Shown here piece after piece: positions 39,971 to 49,741 of a stretch of 64,000 nt of DNA. The stretch is from Prochlorococcus sp. AG-409-B05 (GTDB lineage: Bacteria > Cyanobacteriota > Cyanobacteriia > PCC-6307 > Cyanobiaceae), in the NCBI GenBank assembly GCA_003216075.1, contig QCJK01000004.1:63837-127836 (forward strand). The letters run 5' to 3'. The notes under the pieces are model-generated. The model saw nothing but the letters and a program-made list of their open reading frames with translations, was not told the DNA's origin and made no database searches. A program made the translations under genes and the position numbers. The first letter of the stretch is position 1. The number at the start of each line of letters is the position of its first letter.

Positions 39971-40291
39971 TTAATCATCTTGATCAGTTTCCTCAAAAGC
40001 CTTAAGTGCCTCATCAATTGCATCTGAAGGACTCGTCGCATCATCCATTGCTGTTGCTCTACGCAACTTATTTAGAAATTCCATTGGATTTGTTGCATCA
40101 AGAATGGAATCTTGTTGATTATTGCCTGGCAAAGTGTTGTAAAGCTCCCTTTCTTGAGGTAAATCTGTAGCAGAAACTAATCTGATTGAAGGGAAAAAAG
40201 CACATGCCATGCCACCTAAAAGTACAACCTGCAAGGCATACCAGCCTATTGCTTGCCTTGACAAAACCCTCAGGAATAAATATCTGTTCAT
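39971..40291 (-). CDS. Hypothetical membrane-anchored protein with an acidic C-terminus
   Basis: Start set at ATG 40291 (MNRYLF...) because the longer tracked ORF (to 40483) would overlap the divergent xthA gene. One TM helix (WYALQVVLLGGMACAFF). Confidence 0.5.
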   Translation of the reverse strand: MNRYLFLRVLSRQAIGWYALQVVLLGGMACAFFPSIRLVSATDLPQERELYNTLPGNNQQDSILDATNPMEFLNKLRRATAMDDATSPSDAIDEALKAFEETDQDD

Positions 40292-40352
40292 TTGCGCCAC
40301 ACGAAAGTGAACTAGTACCAATGCTATAGGTTCCAAAGGAAATCTAAGAACT

Positions 40353-41186
40353 GTGTTAATTGCAACTTGGAATGTCAATTCAATTAGGACTCGTCTTGGG
40401 CAGGTTAAAACTTGGCTAAACGAAACCGAGCCAGATCTACTTTGCCTACAAGAAACAAAAGTTGATGACACGCTGTTCCCCATTAAAGATTTTGAGGAAA
40501 TCGGATACCAAGTCAGCTTTTTTGGTCAAAAGGCATACAACGGCGTTGCAATGATAAGCAAACATCCTTTGGAAGATGTTCGCCTAGGTCTTACCGGAGA
40601 ACTTTTGAATGATGAGCAAGCTATGCAACTTAATCATCAAAAGCGAGTCATGAGTGCATTAGTGAATGAAATCAGAGTCGTAAACGTATATGTACCAAAC
40701 GGTTCGTCCTTGGGTTCAGATAAATACAACTACAAACTTCAATGGCTTAAATGCTTAAAAAGGTACCTAGATACTCAAACAATACGTGAAGAGCCACTAT
40801 GCCTGTTAGGAGACTTCAATATCGCGCTAGAAGCAAGAGATATTCATAATCCTGATCGACTTAATGGTGGAATTATGGCTAGTGATTATGAACGCGACGC
40901 TTTATTAGAAATACTCGAAACAAGACTTCAAGATGTTTTCAGAATATTCGAGCCATCCACAAATCATTGGAGCTGGTGGGATTACCGAAGTGGTGCATGG
41001 GATAGAGATAGAGGCTGGCGGATTGATCACATTTACCTATGCAATGAACTTATAGGTCAAGCAAAAAGTTGCATGATTGATAAAAAAGAAAGAGGCCATA
41101 TAAAACCTAGTGATCATGCACCTGTATTAGTTAATATTGAATGGCCAAAAGTCGAAGAAGATGATGATGAAAGATTCGATTATTAA
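40353..41186 (+). CDS. xthA: Exodeoxyribonuclease III (AP endonuclease)
   Basis: IATWNVNSIR, LCLQETK, GDFNIA, WSWWDYR and SDHAPV motifs. GTG start. Confidence 0.9.
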   Translation: MLIATWNVNSIRTRLGQVKTWLNETEPDLLCLQETKVDDTLFPIKDFEEIGYQVSFFGQKAYNGVAMISKHPLEDVRLGLTGELLNDEQAMQLNHQKRVMSALVNEIRVVNVYVPNGSSLGSDKYNYKLQWLKCLKRYLDTQTIREEPLCLLGDFNIALEARDIHNPDRLNGGIMASDYERDALLEILETRLQDVFRIFEPSTNHWSWWDYRSGAWDRDRGWRIDHIYLCNELIGQAKSCMIDKKERGHIKPSDHAPVLVNIEWPKVEEDDDERFDY

Positions 41187-41229
41187 ATTATTAAAGTTAA
41201 ACTTCAGGATTTCTTTATTCATCCATACC

Positions 41230-41285
41230 ATAATTAAACAGTAATTGCTAAAGATACATATCATTATCAATTACTGTTTAATTAT
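41230..41285. repeat. Perfect 18-bp inverted repeat (20-nt spacer) about 45 nt downstream of xthA
   Basis: ATAATTAAACAGTAATTG (41230-41247) and CAATTACTGTTTAATTAT (41268-41285) are exact reverse complements. No flanking T-run. Confidence 0.9.
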
Positions 41286-41784
41286 CTTATCCTATCTAAT
41301 ATTGAGCAATGTATAAGTCTATGTTCAATTTCTTCTATCAAATCATTCTATACTTCAAGAACAATTATCAATTATTAAAGCATTTAATCTTTTCCAAATA
41401 ATCTAAAAGGCATTCCAAAACTTTTAAAATCTGATTCAATTCCTATGGCTTAATCCACTATTTCGTCTCAAAAAAATCAAAACCAGAGGGGTTTTCTCCA
41501 TTCCGCATCAATCTGAAGTGCAACTGTGAAGATCTATGGCCTCTTCTTCACAGTCCGATAAAGAAAGAGATGCCCCTTGAAACGAGCCTAAATCTACGCT
41601 GGATTTTCGCCGAGTCCCCAGTACAGGACAAGCTAGTTAAAAAAAACCTACACATCAAATTCCGACTAAAAACAAGCCATTCCTATTGTGAATGTATAGA
41701 ACGTACGAAGGAATTCGAGACGAAAACCACTCTTTTACGCCAATATGACCAACTGTGTTTATCAGCCCCTTGGCATCGGTCCCC

Positions 41785-43083
41785 GTGACAAACGCCTTGA
41801 ACACCAGCCGTTCCCAGGCCATCTTCAGCGCAGCTCAAACGCTAATGCCAGGTGGTGTGAGTTCTCCTGTAAGAGCTTTCAAATCAGTAGGAGGTCAGCC
41901 CATCGTCTTTGACAGAGTCAAAGGCCCTTACGCATGGGATGTGGACGGAAACCGATATATCGACTATGTGGGGAGCTGGGGGCCTGCCATATGCGGCCAT
42001 GCCCATCCTGATGTCACTTCTGCTCTCCAAGAGGCCTTAGAGAAAGGAACAAGCTTCGGAGCTCCATGTGAATTAGAGAACCAACTTGCAGAAATGGTTA
42101 TCAATGCCGTACCCAGCATTGAAATGGTTCGTTTTGTTAATAGCGGTACTGAAGCTTGCATGGCCGTGCTTCGCCTAATGCGAGCCTTTACTGGAAGAGA
42201 CAAGGTAATCAAATTCGAAGGCTGCTATCACGGCCACGCAGACATGTTTTTGGTTAAAGCAGGCTCTGGCGTGGCAACTCTTGGTCTACCCGACTCTCCA
42301 GGTGTACCAAGAAGCACAACTGCAAATACCCTTACTGCTCCATACAACGATCTAGAAGCTGTCAAAGAGCTTTTTGCAGAGAATCCTGATGCAATTTCAG
42401 GAGTAATACTTGAACCAGTCGTAGGAAATGCTGGCTTTATTACACCTGAGCCAGGATTCCTTGAAGGCCTGAGAGAACTCACAAAAGAAAATGGGGCTCT
42501 ACTGGTATTTGATGAAGTTATGACAGGTTTCAGAATTAGCTATGGAGGAGCACAAGCCAGGTTTGGGGTCACACCTGATCTAACAACTATGGGCAAAGTT
42601 ATTGGAGGAGGTCTTCCAGTTGGTGCATATGGAGGAAAATCTGAAATCATGTCGATGGTTGCCCCTGCTGGACCTATGTACCAAGCAGGTACTCTTAGTG
42701 GTAATCCTTTGGCTATGACAGCCGGAATAAAAACCCTAGAGCTTCTTCAACAAGAAGGCACATATGAACGATTAGAAGCAACAACTAAACGCCTAATAAA
42801 CGGAATAATTGAAATTGCAAAAGAAAATGGTCTTTCCATTACAGGAAGCAGTATCAGTGCAATGTTTGGGTTTTACCTCTGTGAAGGACCTGTACGGAAT
42901 TTTGAAGAAGCCAAAGCCACCGATACTGAACGTTTCGGAAAGCTTCACAAAGCAATGTTAGAAAAAGGAGTTTATCTAGCCCCTAGCGCTTTTGAAGCAG
43001 GCTTCACATCTCTGGCGCATACAGACGCTGACATAGATGCAACTTTAAAGGCATTTAGAGAGAGCTTTTCCGCAATTGCATGA
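41785..43083 (+). CDS. hemL: Glutamate-1-semialdehyde 2,1-aminomutase
   Basis: [18 protein letters not shown], the PLP-lysine context [10 protein letters not shown] and DEVMTGFR. Start placed at in-frame GTG 41785, giving the usual N-terminal length; the tracked ORF opens at GTG 41755. Confidence 0.95.
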   Translation: MTNALNTSRSQAIFSAAQTLMPGGVSSPVRAFKSVGGQPIVFDRVKGPYAWDVDGNRYIDYVGSWGPAICGHAHPDVTSALQEALEKGTSFGAPCELENQLAEMVINAVPSIEMVRFVNSGTEACMAVLRLMRAFTGRDKVIKFEGCYHGHADMFLVKAGSGVATLGLPDSPGVPRSTTANTLTAPYNDLEAVKELFAENPDAISGVILEPVVGNAGFITPEPGFLEGLRELTKENGALLVFDEVMTGFRISYGGAQARFGVTPDLTTMGKVIGGGLPVGAYGGKSEIMSMVAPAGPMYQAGTLSGNPLAMTAGIKTLELLQQEGTYERLEATTKRLINGIIEIAKENGLSITGSSISAMFGFYLCEGPVRNFEEAKATDTERFGKLHKAMLEKGVYLAPSAFEAGFTSLAHTDADIDATLKAFRESFSAIA

Positions 43084-43118
43084 GGCACATTAATTCACAC
43101 AATATTAATCAATAAATA

Positions 43119-43176
43119 ATCCATAAATAATATATTTAAGGTTATCAATGAAACCCTAAATATATTATTTATGGAT
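43119..43176. terminator. AT-rich 20-bp perfect hairpin between convergent hemL and the SPFH gene (putative bidirectional terminator)
   Basis: ATCCATAAATAATATATTTA (43119-43138) pairs perfectly with TAAATATATTATTTATGGAT (43157-43176). Three more pairs follow one mismatch. Confidence 0.5.
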
Positions 43177-43216
43177 AGTGAATGAAAATAAATAAAAGAG
43201 TTTATTTTTATGAATA

Positions 43217-44020
43217 TTAATTCCTTCCTCCAACAATTACAGGAGTATTTGATCCTTTAGTACCAGGCAGTGCTGGAACAACCTGAGTTTTTCCATCCCA
43301 CTTGTCAAGGAAGAGTTTGAACAAGACCTGATCATCCAAACTTCTTGTTAGAGTTTCATATCTTAGGGCTTCTTGCTCTGCAATCTTTACCTCAGTTTGA
43401 GCTCGAAGTAATTGCTGCTCAGCTATCTGCTTTTGTTCAATCGCTGCTCTATACTCTTCAGCAATTTCCAGGCCAGTTAAATCTAAACCCTTCACATCTA
43501 CATAATCAAATTTATCTAATTCTTCAGCTACAGTTTGCTCGACAAGTTCAGATATATCGCTCCACTTACTAGCTATAGTCACAAGCTCATATTGAGAAAA
43601 AACCGACTTAAGTGCTTTAAGTAATGAAGGCTGAATAATCCTAGGGTAAACCTCTCTGTCGCTATAGGCAATAGTGCTATAAACCCTACCAGCTTCTGTT
43701 GGCCTCACAGCATACTTAACAGTAGCGGTTGCCTCAATTACTTGCAAATCCTTCGTCAAGGTTGCAAACTTCTCAGGCCTAACTTGTGTACGAACATCAA
43801 ATGGAAATACTGCCTGAATAAATGGGATTTTAATATTCAGACCTGGTCTACGAGAACCACCGCTGACTTTGCCCAAGGTCGTTACAACTCCAACTTGTCC
43901 CGCAGGGACAATAAACAGAGACTGAGTCAGAATTAAAAAACCTGTGAAGGAAAGGACTAAAAGTAGTGTCGTTGCGCCTCCTGGACCATTAGGAGTCACG
44001 TTACGGAAAGGAGTGGTCAC
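43217..44020 (-). CDS. SPFH/band-7 (prohibitin-like) membrane protein
   Basis: N-terminal TM helix, then an SPFH core (VPAGQVGVVTTLGKV..., VRTQV) and a coiled-coil AEQQLLRAQTEVKIAEQEA region. Confidence 0.85.
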   Translation of the reverse strand: MTTPFRNVTPNGPGGATTLLLVLSFTGFLILTQSLFIVPAGQVGVVTTLGKVSGGSRRPGLNIKIPFIQAVFPFDVRTQVRPEKFATLTKDLQVIEATATVKYAVRPTEAGRVYSTIAYSDREVYPRIIQPSLLKALKSVFSQYELVTIASKWSDISELVEQTVAEELDKFDYVDVKGLDLTGLEIAEEYRAAIEQKQIAEQQLLRAQTEVKIAEQEALRYETLTRSLDDQVLFKLFLDKWDGKTQVVPALPGTKGSNTPVIVGGRN

Positions 44021-44199
44021 TAAAAATTTCCTTGATTAAGTAAATATTATTGATATTTAGCTCATCTTGCGAGTTTTGCAAAAGTATTTAGGGATTCAAC
44101 ACCATAAAGGTCAAGTTATACAAAAGTATCTCAATAGAAATACGCAAGAAAATATTTATCAATACTCGCTCAAGTGAAAAGTTAATTGTCAATCTAATA

Positions 44200-44418
44200 T
44201 CAAGAATCTAGAAGTTCTTCACTTCTAGCTCTTTCCAAAACAGCTACAAATAAAGCTTCGTCTATCTCTCTTATATCATATTCAACTGGTTTTACACCGT
44301 GACGATGCTCATGAACCAGAACCCAACAACAACGCTCTAAATCATTAGCAGAGTGACCAGCCATATCAAGGGCCAAAAGAGCAAGCCTAGAGATCAGTTG
44401 TGAATTTTCATCTTCCAT
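44200..44418 (-). CDS. Hypothetical small protein (72 aa)
   Basis: ORF only, with a balanced helical composition. It is preceded by a palindromic promoter-like element. Confidence 0.45.
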   Translation of the reverse strand: MEDENSQLISRLALLALDMAGHSANDLERCCWVLVHEHRHGVKPVEYDIREIDEALFVAVLERARSEELLDS

Positions 44419-44457
44419 GGCTAATAATTAACAAGCAGCAATCCCATACATAGAAAT

Positions 44458-44488
44458 ATTATACCTGAAAGTTACTTTCAAGTATAAT
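44458..44488 (-). promoter_or_regulatory. 31-bp near-perfect palindrome containing TATAAT on both strands, upstream of the 72-aa ORF
   Basis: ATTATACCTGAAAGT-T-ACTTTCAAGTATAAT: 15-nt arms with 1 mismatch. The minus-strand TATAAT (44463->44458) lies about 40 nt upstream of the ATG at 44418. Confidence 0.4.
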
Positions 44489-44635
44489 ATTAATTACCCA
44501 GTCAAAACCTCAATATTAAGTAGTTAAATCTAAACAAGCTATAAAAATTCGTCTTAATTAGAGAGGCATATTTGCTTATAAATAGCCGTTAAAAATATCT
44601 CAAACCTAAAATAATTTGAAGGTTTTTCTTATTAT

Positions 44636-45133
44636 TTATCTGTAATTCTCATATTGCAATGGGACTTCTAGGTCTTTTTCTGTTTCCCTAAGTAATGTAA
44701 TCGAACTCTGCAAATCATCCTTATTCTTACTGGAAACCCTAAGACTTTGTCCCTGAATTGAAACCCCAACCTTTTTATAAGAATCTCTGATGAGTTTGCT
44801 TAGTTTTTTGGCCAATTCTTGTGACAGGCCCTTACGCAGAAGAATCTTTTGACGCACTCGATTACCTGATGAGTTTTCAGCGGGTTGAAAATCAAATATT
44901 TTCAAAGATAATTTTCTTTTAGTCGCTTTCTGACGAAGGATATCTTCAATCGAGGTCAATGTCATTTCACTAGCAGTTGTAATGATCAACTCATCTTCTT
45001 TGAGTTCAATCTCAGTGCTAGATTCTTTAAGGTCGTAACGTTGTGCAACATCTCTGCGCAATTGATCAACAGCATTGATCAACTCTTGTCTATCAAAATC
45101 AGAGACGACATCAAATGAGTAATTGTCGGCCAT
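44636..45133 (-). CDS. yajQ: YajQ/UPF0234 family nucleotide-binding protein
   Basis: SFDVVSDFDRQELINAVDQLRRDVAQRYDLK is the canonical YajQ N-terminus. Start set at ATG 45133. Confidence 0.85.
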   Translation of the reverse strand: MADNYSFDVVSDFDRQELINAVDQLRRDVAQRYDLKESSTEIELKEDELIITTASEMTLTSIEDILRQKATKRKLSLKIFDFQPAENSSGNRVRQKILLRKGLSQELAKKLSKLIRDSYKKVGVSIQGQSLRVSSKNKDDLQSSITLLRETEKDLEVPLQYENYR

Positions 45134-45264
45134 AACATAAAATATCAATGCCTATTCTAATGGATCTGATGGCCATGAAATTAGTGTTATAAACAATAAG
45201 TGGTAATTCATATACTTCAAATTCAGACCTATCTCATAAGGTCAAAATACCTAAAAAGTAACGC

Positions 45265-45789
45265 TTAATCAAAAAACACCAGGCTAACTATTTTGCCAAT
45301 ATCTTCAGCACTTCTACAACTCGCAAGAAGCGTTTCACTATCATGAAAAGCAAAACAAATCAATTGATCACAACGACTAATGATCTCTTGATTGCAAAGA
45401 CTGCTGGCCATCGGTAGAGGTAAATCATCATGATCAGTTTTTTCAATCAAATGAAAGACTTGATCTAATTGATCTCTAATCTCAGGGAGCTGTCGGTCAA
45501 GACTCTGAGGAAGAAGGACAGTCAGCAAAGAAGGATCCACCTCCAAAACACCTCTAATAACAGCTGCATTAACCCCTTGTGAACCAGAGGTAATAAGTGA
45601 ATGTCCTTCCTGAGCTAAAGAACGAGCAATTAACTCAACTAGATGTATTGAAACTACAGGAACATGTCTGCTGCCTAGGAAAGCAATTCTCCTTTGTCCC
45701 TTGTCTTGAAGCAAGGCCAACTCTTGCGCAAGGGTATCCACTTTCCCTAAAGCAGGGATGTCCAGTGATCGACTCAAGGATATCCCCAA
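45265..45789 (-). CDS. Standalone DprA/Smf-like (SLOG-type) Rossmann-fold protein
   Basis: RIAFLGSRHVP...LARSLAQEGHSLITSGSQGVNAAVIRGVLE matches the DprA Rossmann core (GSR...SG.A.G.D/N..A..GAL). It lacks the DprA N- and C-terminal domains (174 aa only). Confidence 0.65.
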   Translation of the reverse strand: MGISLSRSLDIPALGKVDTLAQELALLQDKGQRRIAFLGSRHVPVVSIHLVELIARSLAQEGHSLITSGSQGVNAAVIRGVLEVDPSLLTVLLPQSLDRQLPEIRDQLDQVFHLIEKTDHDDLPLPMASSLCNQEIISRCDQLICFAFHDSETLLASCRSAEDIGKIVSLVFFD

Positions 45790-45804
45790 AACTTTAATTT
45801 GAAA

Positions 45805-46914
45805 TTAGCAGGAACCAGCGTCGTTGACTTTCAGTCCAATTGTTTTAAACAACCGATCTACATCACAATGCTCTTCAACCAACCTAAAGGCATAGGTTGC
45901 CTTAACAGCCTCATGCAAACGAACATGACCAAAAGCCTGTTCTATCACCTCAACTGTCTCCAAAGTATCTTTGTCTACCTTCAACAAGGGCACCTCTAGT
46001 TCTTCAGCCCTATTAATTAATTGTGGAAGTGGCTCACCTGCCCCAGTAAGAATCAAGCATTGAGTAGAAGCTTCCAACGCTGCCAACTGAATATCCGTCC
46101 TGCCGGCACCGGTTACAACAGCCATATTTCGTCTCTTACGAAAAAACTCCATTGCAGAATTGACATTCATAGCACCAATGCTCAAAGTTTCAACTAGCAA
46201 CTCAAGCCTCTCTGCTGAACAAATAACTCTTGCTTCTAATCGCCTAGCCAACTCGCCGATAGTGACACTTCTCAGCAAAGGAGAACGAGGCATTACGCCA
46301 AAAACATCCATTCCAAGTTCCTCTAATGAAGGAACAACACTCCGCTCTAAAACTTCTACTTCATCTGGAGTGACGGCATTCAAAACTACTCCAATCAATT
46401 GATTTCCCAACTGTTCTTTAGCTGCAAGCAATGCATCAACACTTCTACTGTCCTGCCAAAGATGAACCAGAACGACTCGAGCTTTGAGTCCCTTGGCTAC
46501 TTGTCCCAGACTTAACCCATAAAGCAAACCTTCATGCAAGCTGCCTGCACCCTCAAGAATCGTGAGTCCTTCGAAAGGGTCATCTAACTTTTGTTTTAGT
46601 ACTTCAAACCCAACTCCTGCATCCAACTGAGTTTTTGCAAGTCGCTTTTCTGCAGTATAAGAATCCAAAAGGTGAATAGAAGGAATTAATTGTTGCTCAT
46701 CTAAAGCGAGGGTTTTGCCTACAAATCGAACATCATCATCAATCAAAGGTTCAGGTGTTTTCCATGAAGACGTCTCTAATTCAAAACTAGTTGCAAGAGG
46801 CTTGCCAAATCGAATCCTCTGATTGGCTGCTATCAATTTTCTAGCAATACCTAAAACAAATGCCGATTTACCACTAAATGGTTCACAAGATCCGATCATC
46901 AAGGTCGTTCCCAT
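45805..46914 (-). CDS. Phosphotransacetylase N-terminal-like protein (BioD-like P-loop + DRTGG domain) without a PTA catalytic domain
   Basis: N-terminal GSCEPFSGKSAFVLGIARKL (dethiobiotin-synthetase-like P-loop) and a C-terminal DRTGG-type segment (VVTGAGRTDIQLAALEASTQCLILTG). The ORF ends after about 369 aa. Confidence 0.65.
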   Translation of the reverse strand: MGTTLMIGSCEPFSGKSAFVLGIARKLIAANQRIRFGKPLATSFELETSSWKTPEPLIDDDVRFVGKTLALDEQQLIPSIHLLDSYTAEKRLAKTQLDAGVGFEVLKQKLDDPFEGLTILEGAGSLHEGLLYGLSLGQVAKGLKARVVLVHLWQDSRSVDALLAAKEQLGNQLIGVVLNAVTPDEVEVLERSVVPSLEELGMDVFGVMPRSPLLRSVTIGELARRLEARVICSAERLELLVETLSIGAMNVNSAMEFFRKRRNMAVVTGAGRTDIQLAALEASTQCLILTGAGEPLPQLINRAEELEVPLLKVDKDTLETVEVIEQAFGHVRLHEAVKATYAFRLVEEHCDVDRLFKTIGLKVNDAGSC

Positions 46915-47119
46915 GATCGGCTATTACCTCATTTTGCTTACTTAGCTGATTTTAGTTCTTAAAGAGAACTAATCAATCCCTTCGAACCAATGTCCATAGA
47001 ATCAGTGTTAATTAAAATTTAATTTTATCCTCCTTAAAACTCAGGGTATTTTCAAATCTTCCAAACCCTCAGCCCTAAAAGTGAAAACACTCCAGTTAAT
47101 TGCGATATAAGATAAGGAC

Positions 47120-47863
47120 ATGACTCAACAAAAACTTCTCAAAAGCGACTGGGAGGGTTGTCGCATTGGAATTACAGGAGCCAATGGAAGCCTTGGAAGA
47201 GCACTTATAAAAAAACTTCGCACCAAAGGGGCATTTGTAATTGGATTAACACATCGAGCAATTCAAAAGGATTATGCTCTTGAAAATGAGCCTCAACAAT
47301 GGGTTCGCTGGCGCTGCGGTGAAGAAGATTCTCTAGACAATACTCTAAATTCTTTGGATATTCTGATTTTGAATCATGGAATAAATCCTAAAGGCAACCA
47401 AAGCACCAAGAATATAAATCTTGCTCTAGATGTTAATGCTTTAAGCACTTGGCGCCTTATTGAGCGTTTTGAAGAGTTAATACTTAAGTCCAACAATCCA
47501 AAAAAGAATAAAGAAATATGGATCAATACATCTGAGGCAGAGATACAACCTGCCCTAAGCCCAGCATATGAAATAAGCAAAAAATTAATAGGTGAGCTTA
47601 TAAGTGTTAAATGGAGCAATTTAAATAAGGAAACAAGCAACTTACTAGTAATAAGAAAAATGGTACTAGGACCATTTAAATCAAATTTAAATTCTCTAGG
47701 GATAATGTCTCCAGACATTGTTGCTTCGCTAATAATCAAACAAATAGAATTAAATTTCAGCTTAATAATAGTCAGCCCAAATCCATTTACATATATAAGT
47801 ATGCCTACTGTAGAGTTGCTAAGAAGAATTTATTATCGCCTAACAAAAACTATTAATTATTAA
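47120..47863 (+). CDS. Short-chain dehydrogenase/reductase-like protein
   Basis: Rossmann motif ITGANGSLGRALIKKL, NHGI, and a YxxxK-like YEISKKL. Confidence 0.7.
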   Translation: MTQQKLLKSDWEGCRIGITGANGSLGRALIKKLRTKGAFVIGLTHRAIQKDYALENEPQQWVRWRCGEEDSLDNTLNSLDILILNHGINPKGNQSTKNINLALDVNALSTWRLIERFEELILKSNNPKKNKEIWINTSEAEIQPALSPAYEISKKLIGELISVKWSNLNKETSNLLVIRKMVLGPFKSNLNSLGIMSPDIVASLIIKQIELNFSLIIVSPNPFTYISMPTVELLRRIYYRLTKTINY

Positions 47864-47896
47864 TCGGCAAAAATAAATAAAGTATTCTTTAAATAT

Positions 47897-48766
47897 TTAT
47901 TTATCCCGATCAGTTAGTATCTCACAACCGTCAGAAGTTACAACTATGGTGTGTTCCCACTGAGCAGAAAGACTTCCATCTACAGTTACAACTGTCCATC
48001 TATCTGAAAGTGTTTTACATACTTTACTCCCAGCATTTAATATTGGCTCAACCGCCAATGTCATCCCTGGTCTAAGCGTTACATTTGGCAAGTCTTTTGT
48101 CCTGAAATTAAATACAGAAGGTTCCTCATGAAGGTTTCTTCCAACTCCATGACCCGTGTAATCTTCAACAACACTAAAGCCATTCTCTTTCACATGATCT
48201 TCGATGGCTCCTGCTATATCAAGAAGAGTATTTTTAGGCTTTATCTGCAGAAGGCCCGCCATTAACGATTCTTGAGCAACGCGACTTAAATCCTTACTCA
48301 ATTGAGAAACATTTCCCACACATATAGTAATACAACTATCACCGTGATAACCATCAAAATAGGCACCGGTATCTACTTTCAGTAAATCCCCATTTTTTAT
48401 AACGCGCTTAGAAGAAGGAATACCATGAACCACTTCATTATTGATACTTGCACAAATACTTGCAGGGAATCCGTGATAGCCCTTGAAACTTGGAACTGCG
48501 CCCATCTCCCTAATCCTGCGCTCGGCGAAAGCATCAAGGTCAGAGGTTGTCTGACCAGGCTGAACCATTGCATTGATTTCCCGCAAAACAGTTGCCACTA
48601 TTCCGCTAGCTTTTCGCATAATTTCCACTTCTCTTGCAGATTTGATTTCAACACCTCTTCTTTGCTGAATACGTGGACCAGCAGAGGTTGCAGAGGATGC
48701 AGATCTAGAAGAAAGAAGGTCAGCAAAGAGTTTCATCGACAAAAAAAAATAAAGGGCCAAACCCAA
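47897..48766 (-). CDS. map: Type I methionine aminopeptidase
   Basis: [43 protein letters not shown] and EHTIVVT metal-ligand motifs. An alternative ATG lies 30 nt downstream. Confidence 0.9.
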   Translation of the reverse strand: MGLALYFFLSMKLFADLLSSRSASSATSAGPRIQQRRGVEIKSAREVEIMRKASGIVATVLREINAMVQPGQTTSDLDAFAERRIREMGAVPSFKGYHGFPASICASINNEVVHGIPSSKRVIKNGDLLKVDTGAYFDGYHGDSCITICVGNVSQLSKDLSRVAQESLMAGLLQIKPKNTLLDIAGAIEDHVKENGFSVVEDYTGHGVGRNLHEEPSVFNFRTKDLPNVTLRPGMTLAVEPILNAGSKVCKTLSDRWTVVTVDGSLSAQWEHTIVVTSDGCEILTDRDK

Positions 48767-49198
48767 TCCATAGGGCTTTAAAAAAGAAATTGGTTTAAAT
48801 ATGGCTTATTTCAGTATCAATAGATGCATGGTTGAAAAAATGAGTTAGTCCAAGCATGTCCGTCAACTTCACTTATTGGTTGGTCCATAGAGAATTCTTC
48901 CACTTTTTATAACACTTCTCCTACTTAAGTTCGTGAGTTATGAGCCGCAAAGATACTTGAATGGACTGTTTCTAGTGCAAGTTCAGTGTCTAATGACTAT
49001 TCATGAAGGAAAATAGATAAGTCCAGAGAAGAATCGAATTGCATCATTCGAAATGCTGGAGGCCTTCCTTTAGCTAGTGATTACAAGGATGAGCTGGGTA
49101 GTTCACAGGAAATGAGCTGGTAGTAAAAGCAAAAAAATCTGAATTATTGATTAACGAGCAGTTAGAATCATGCTTTGCTGAATCAACCTGGATCTGGG

Positions 49199-49678
49199 AT
49201 GGCAGTTGATAACACAGAAATCTCCCTCGATGGGAGCTCTAGTAATGAGAAATCAAAGAAGCCTTCTCAAAAAGAAGCTTCAAGTCTCACTACCAGTGAA
49301 AACACCGGAATCAAAGATAAGCTCAGTCCAGAAGAGCTTATTCGCGGATTTGAGTCATCTCAACTAAAAAAATCCATCCCTGAAATTTATGTAGGGGACA
49401 CAGTTAAAGTTGGCGTGCGAATTAGTGAAGGCAATAAAGAACGAGTTCAGCCTTATGAGGGAGTTGTCATATCAAAGCGCCATGGTGGTTTAAATGAAAC
49501 CATTACAGTTAGAAGGATCTTCCAAGGAATTGGTGTTGAGAGAGTCTTCATGCTTCACAGCCCACAAGTGGCCTCCTTAAAAGTTGAACGTCGCGGTAAA
49601 GTTAGAAGGGCGAAGCTCTTTTATCTGCGTGAACGGGTAGGCAAAGCCACCCGCGTGAAGCAGCGCTTCGACCGTTGA
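49199..49678 (+). CDS. rplS: 50S ribosomal protein L19 with an N-terminal extension of about 44 aa
   Basis: The core is [47 protein letters not shown]...[15 protein letters not shown]. The preceding Ser/Lys/Glu-rich segment is not part of canonical L19. Confidence 0.9.
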   Translation: MAVDNTEISLDGSSSNEKSKKPSQKEASSLTTSENTGIKDKLSPEELIRGFESSQLKKSIPEIYVGDTVKVGVRISEGNKERVQPYEGVVISKRHGGLNETITVRRIFQGIGVERVFMLHSPQVASLKVERRGKVRRAKLFYLRERVGKATRVKQRFDR

Positions 49679-49741
49679 GGCTAATGACCTCGTTCAAACC
49701 AAACCCCTCGCCCAAAGCGATGGTTCAAGGTTCTTCTCAAT

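Noticed and set aside
41570-41788. 72-aa ORF upstream of and overlapping the hemL start.
   Set aside because: The product has no protein-like features. It runs into the hemL start region and is more likely part of a non-coding leader.
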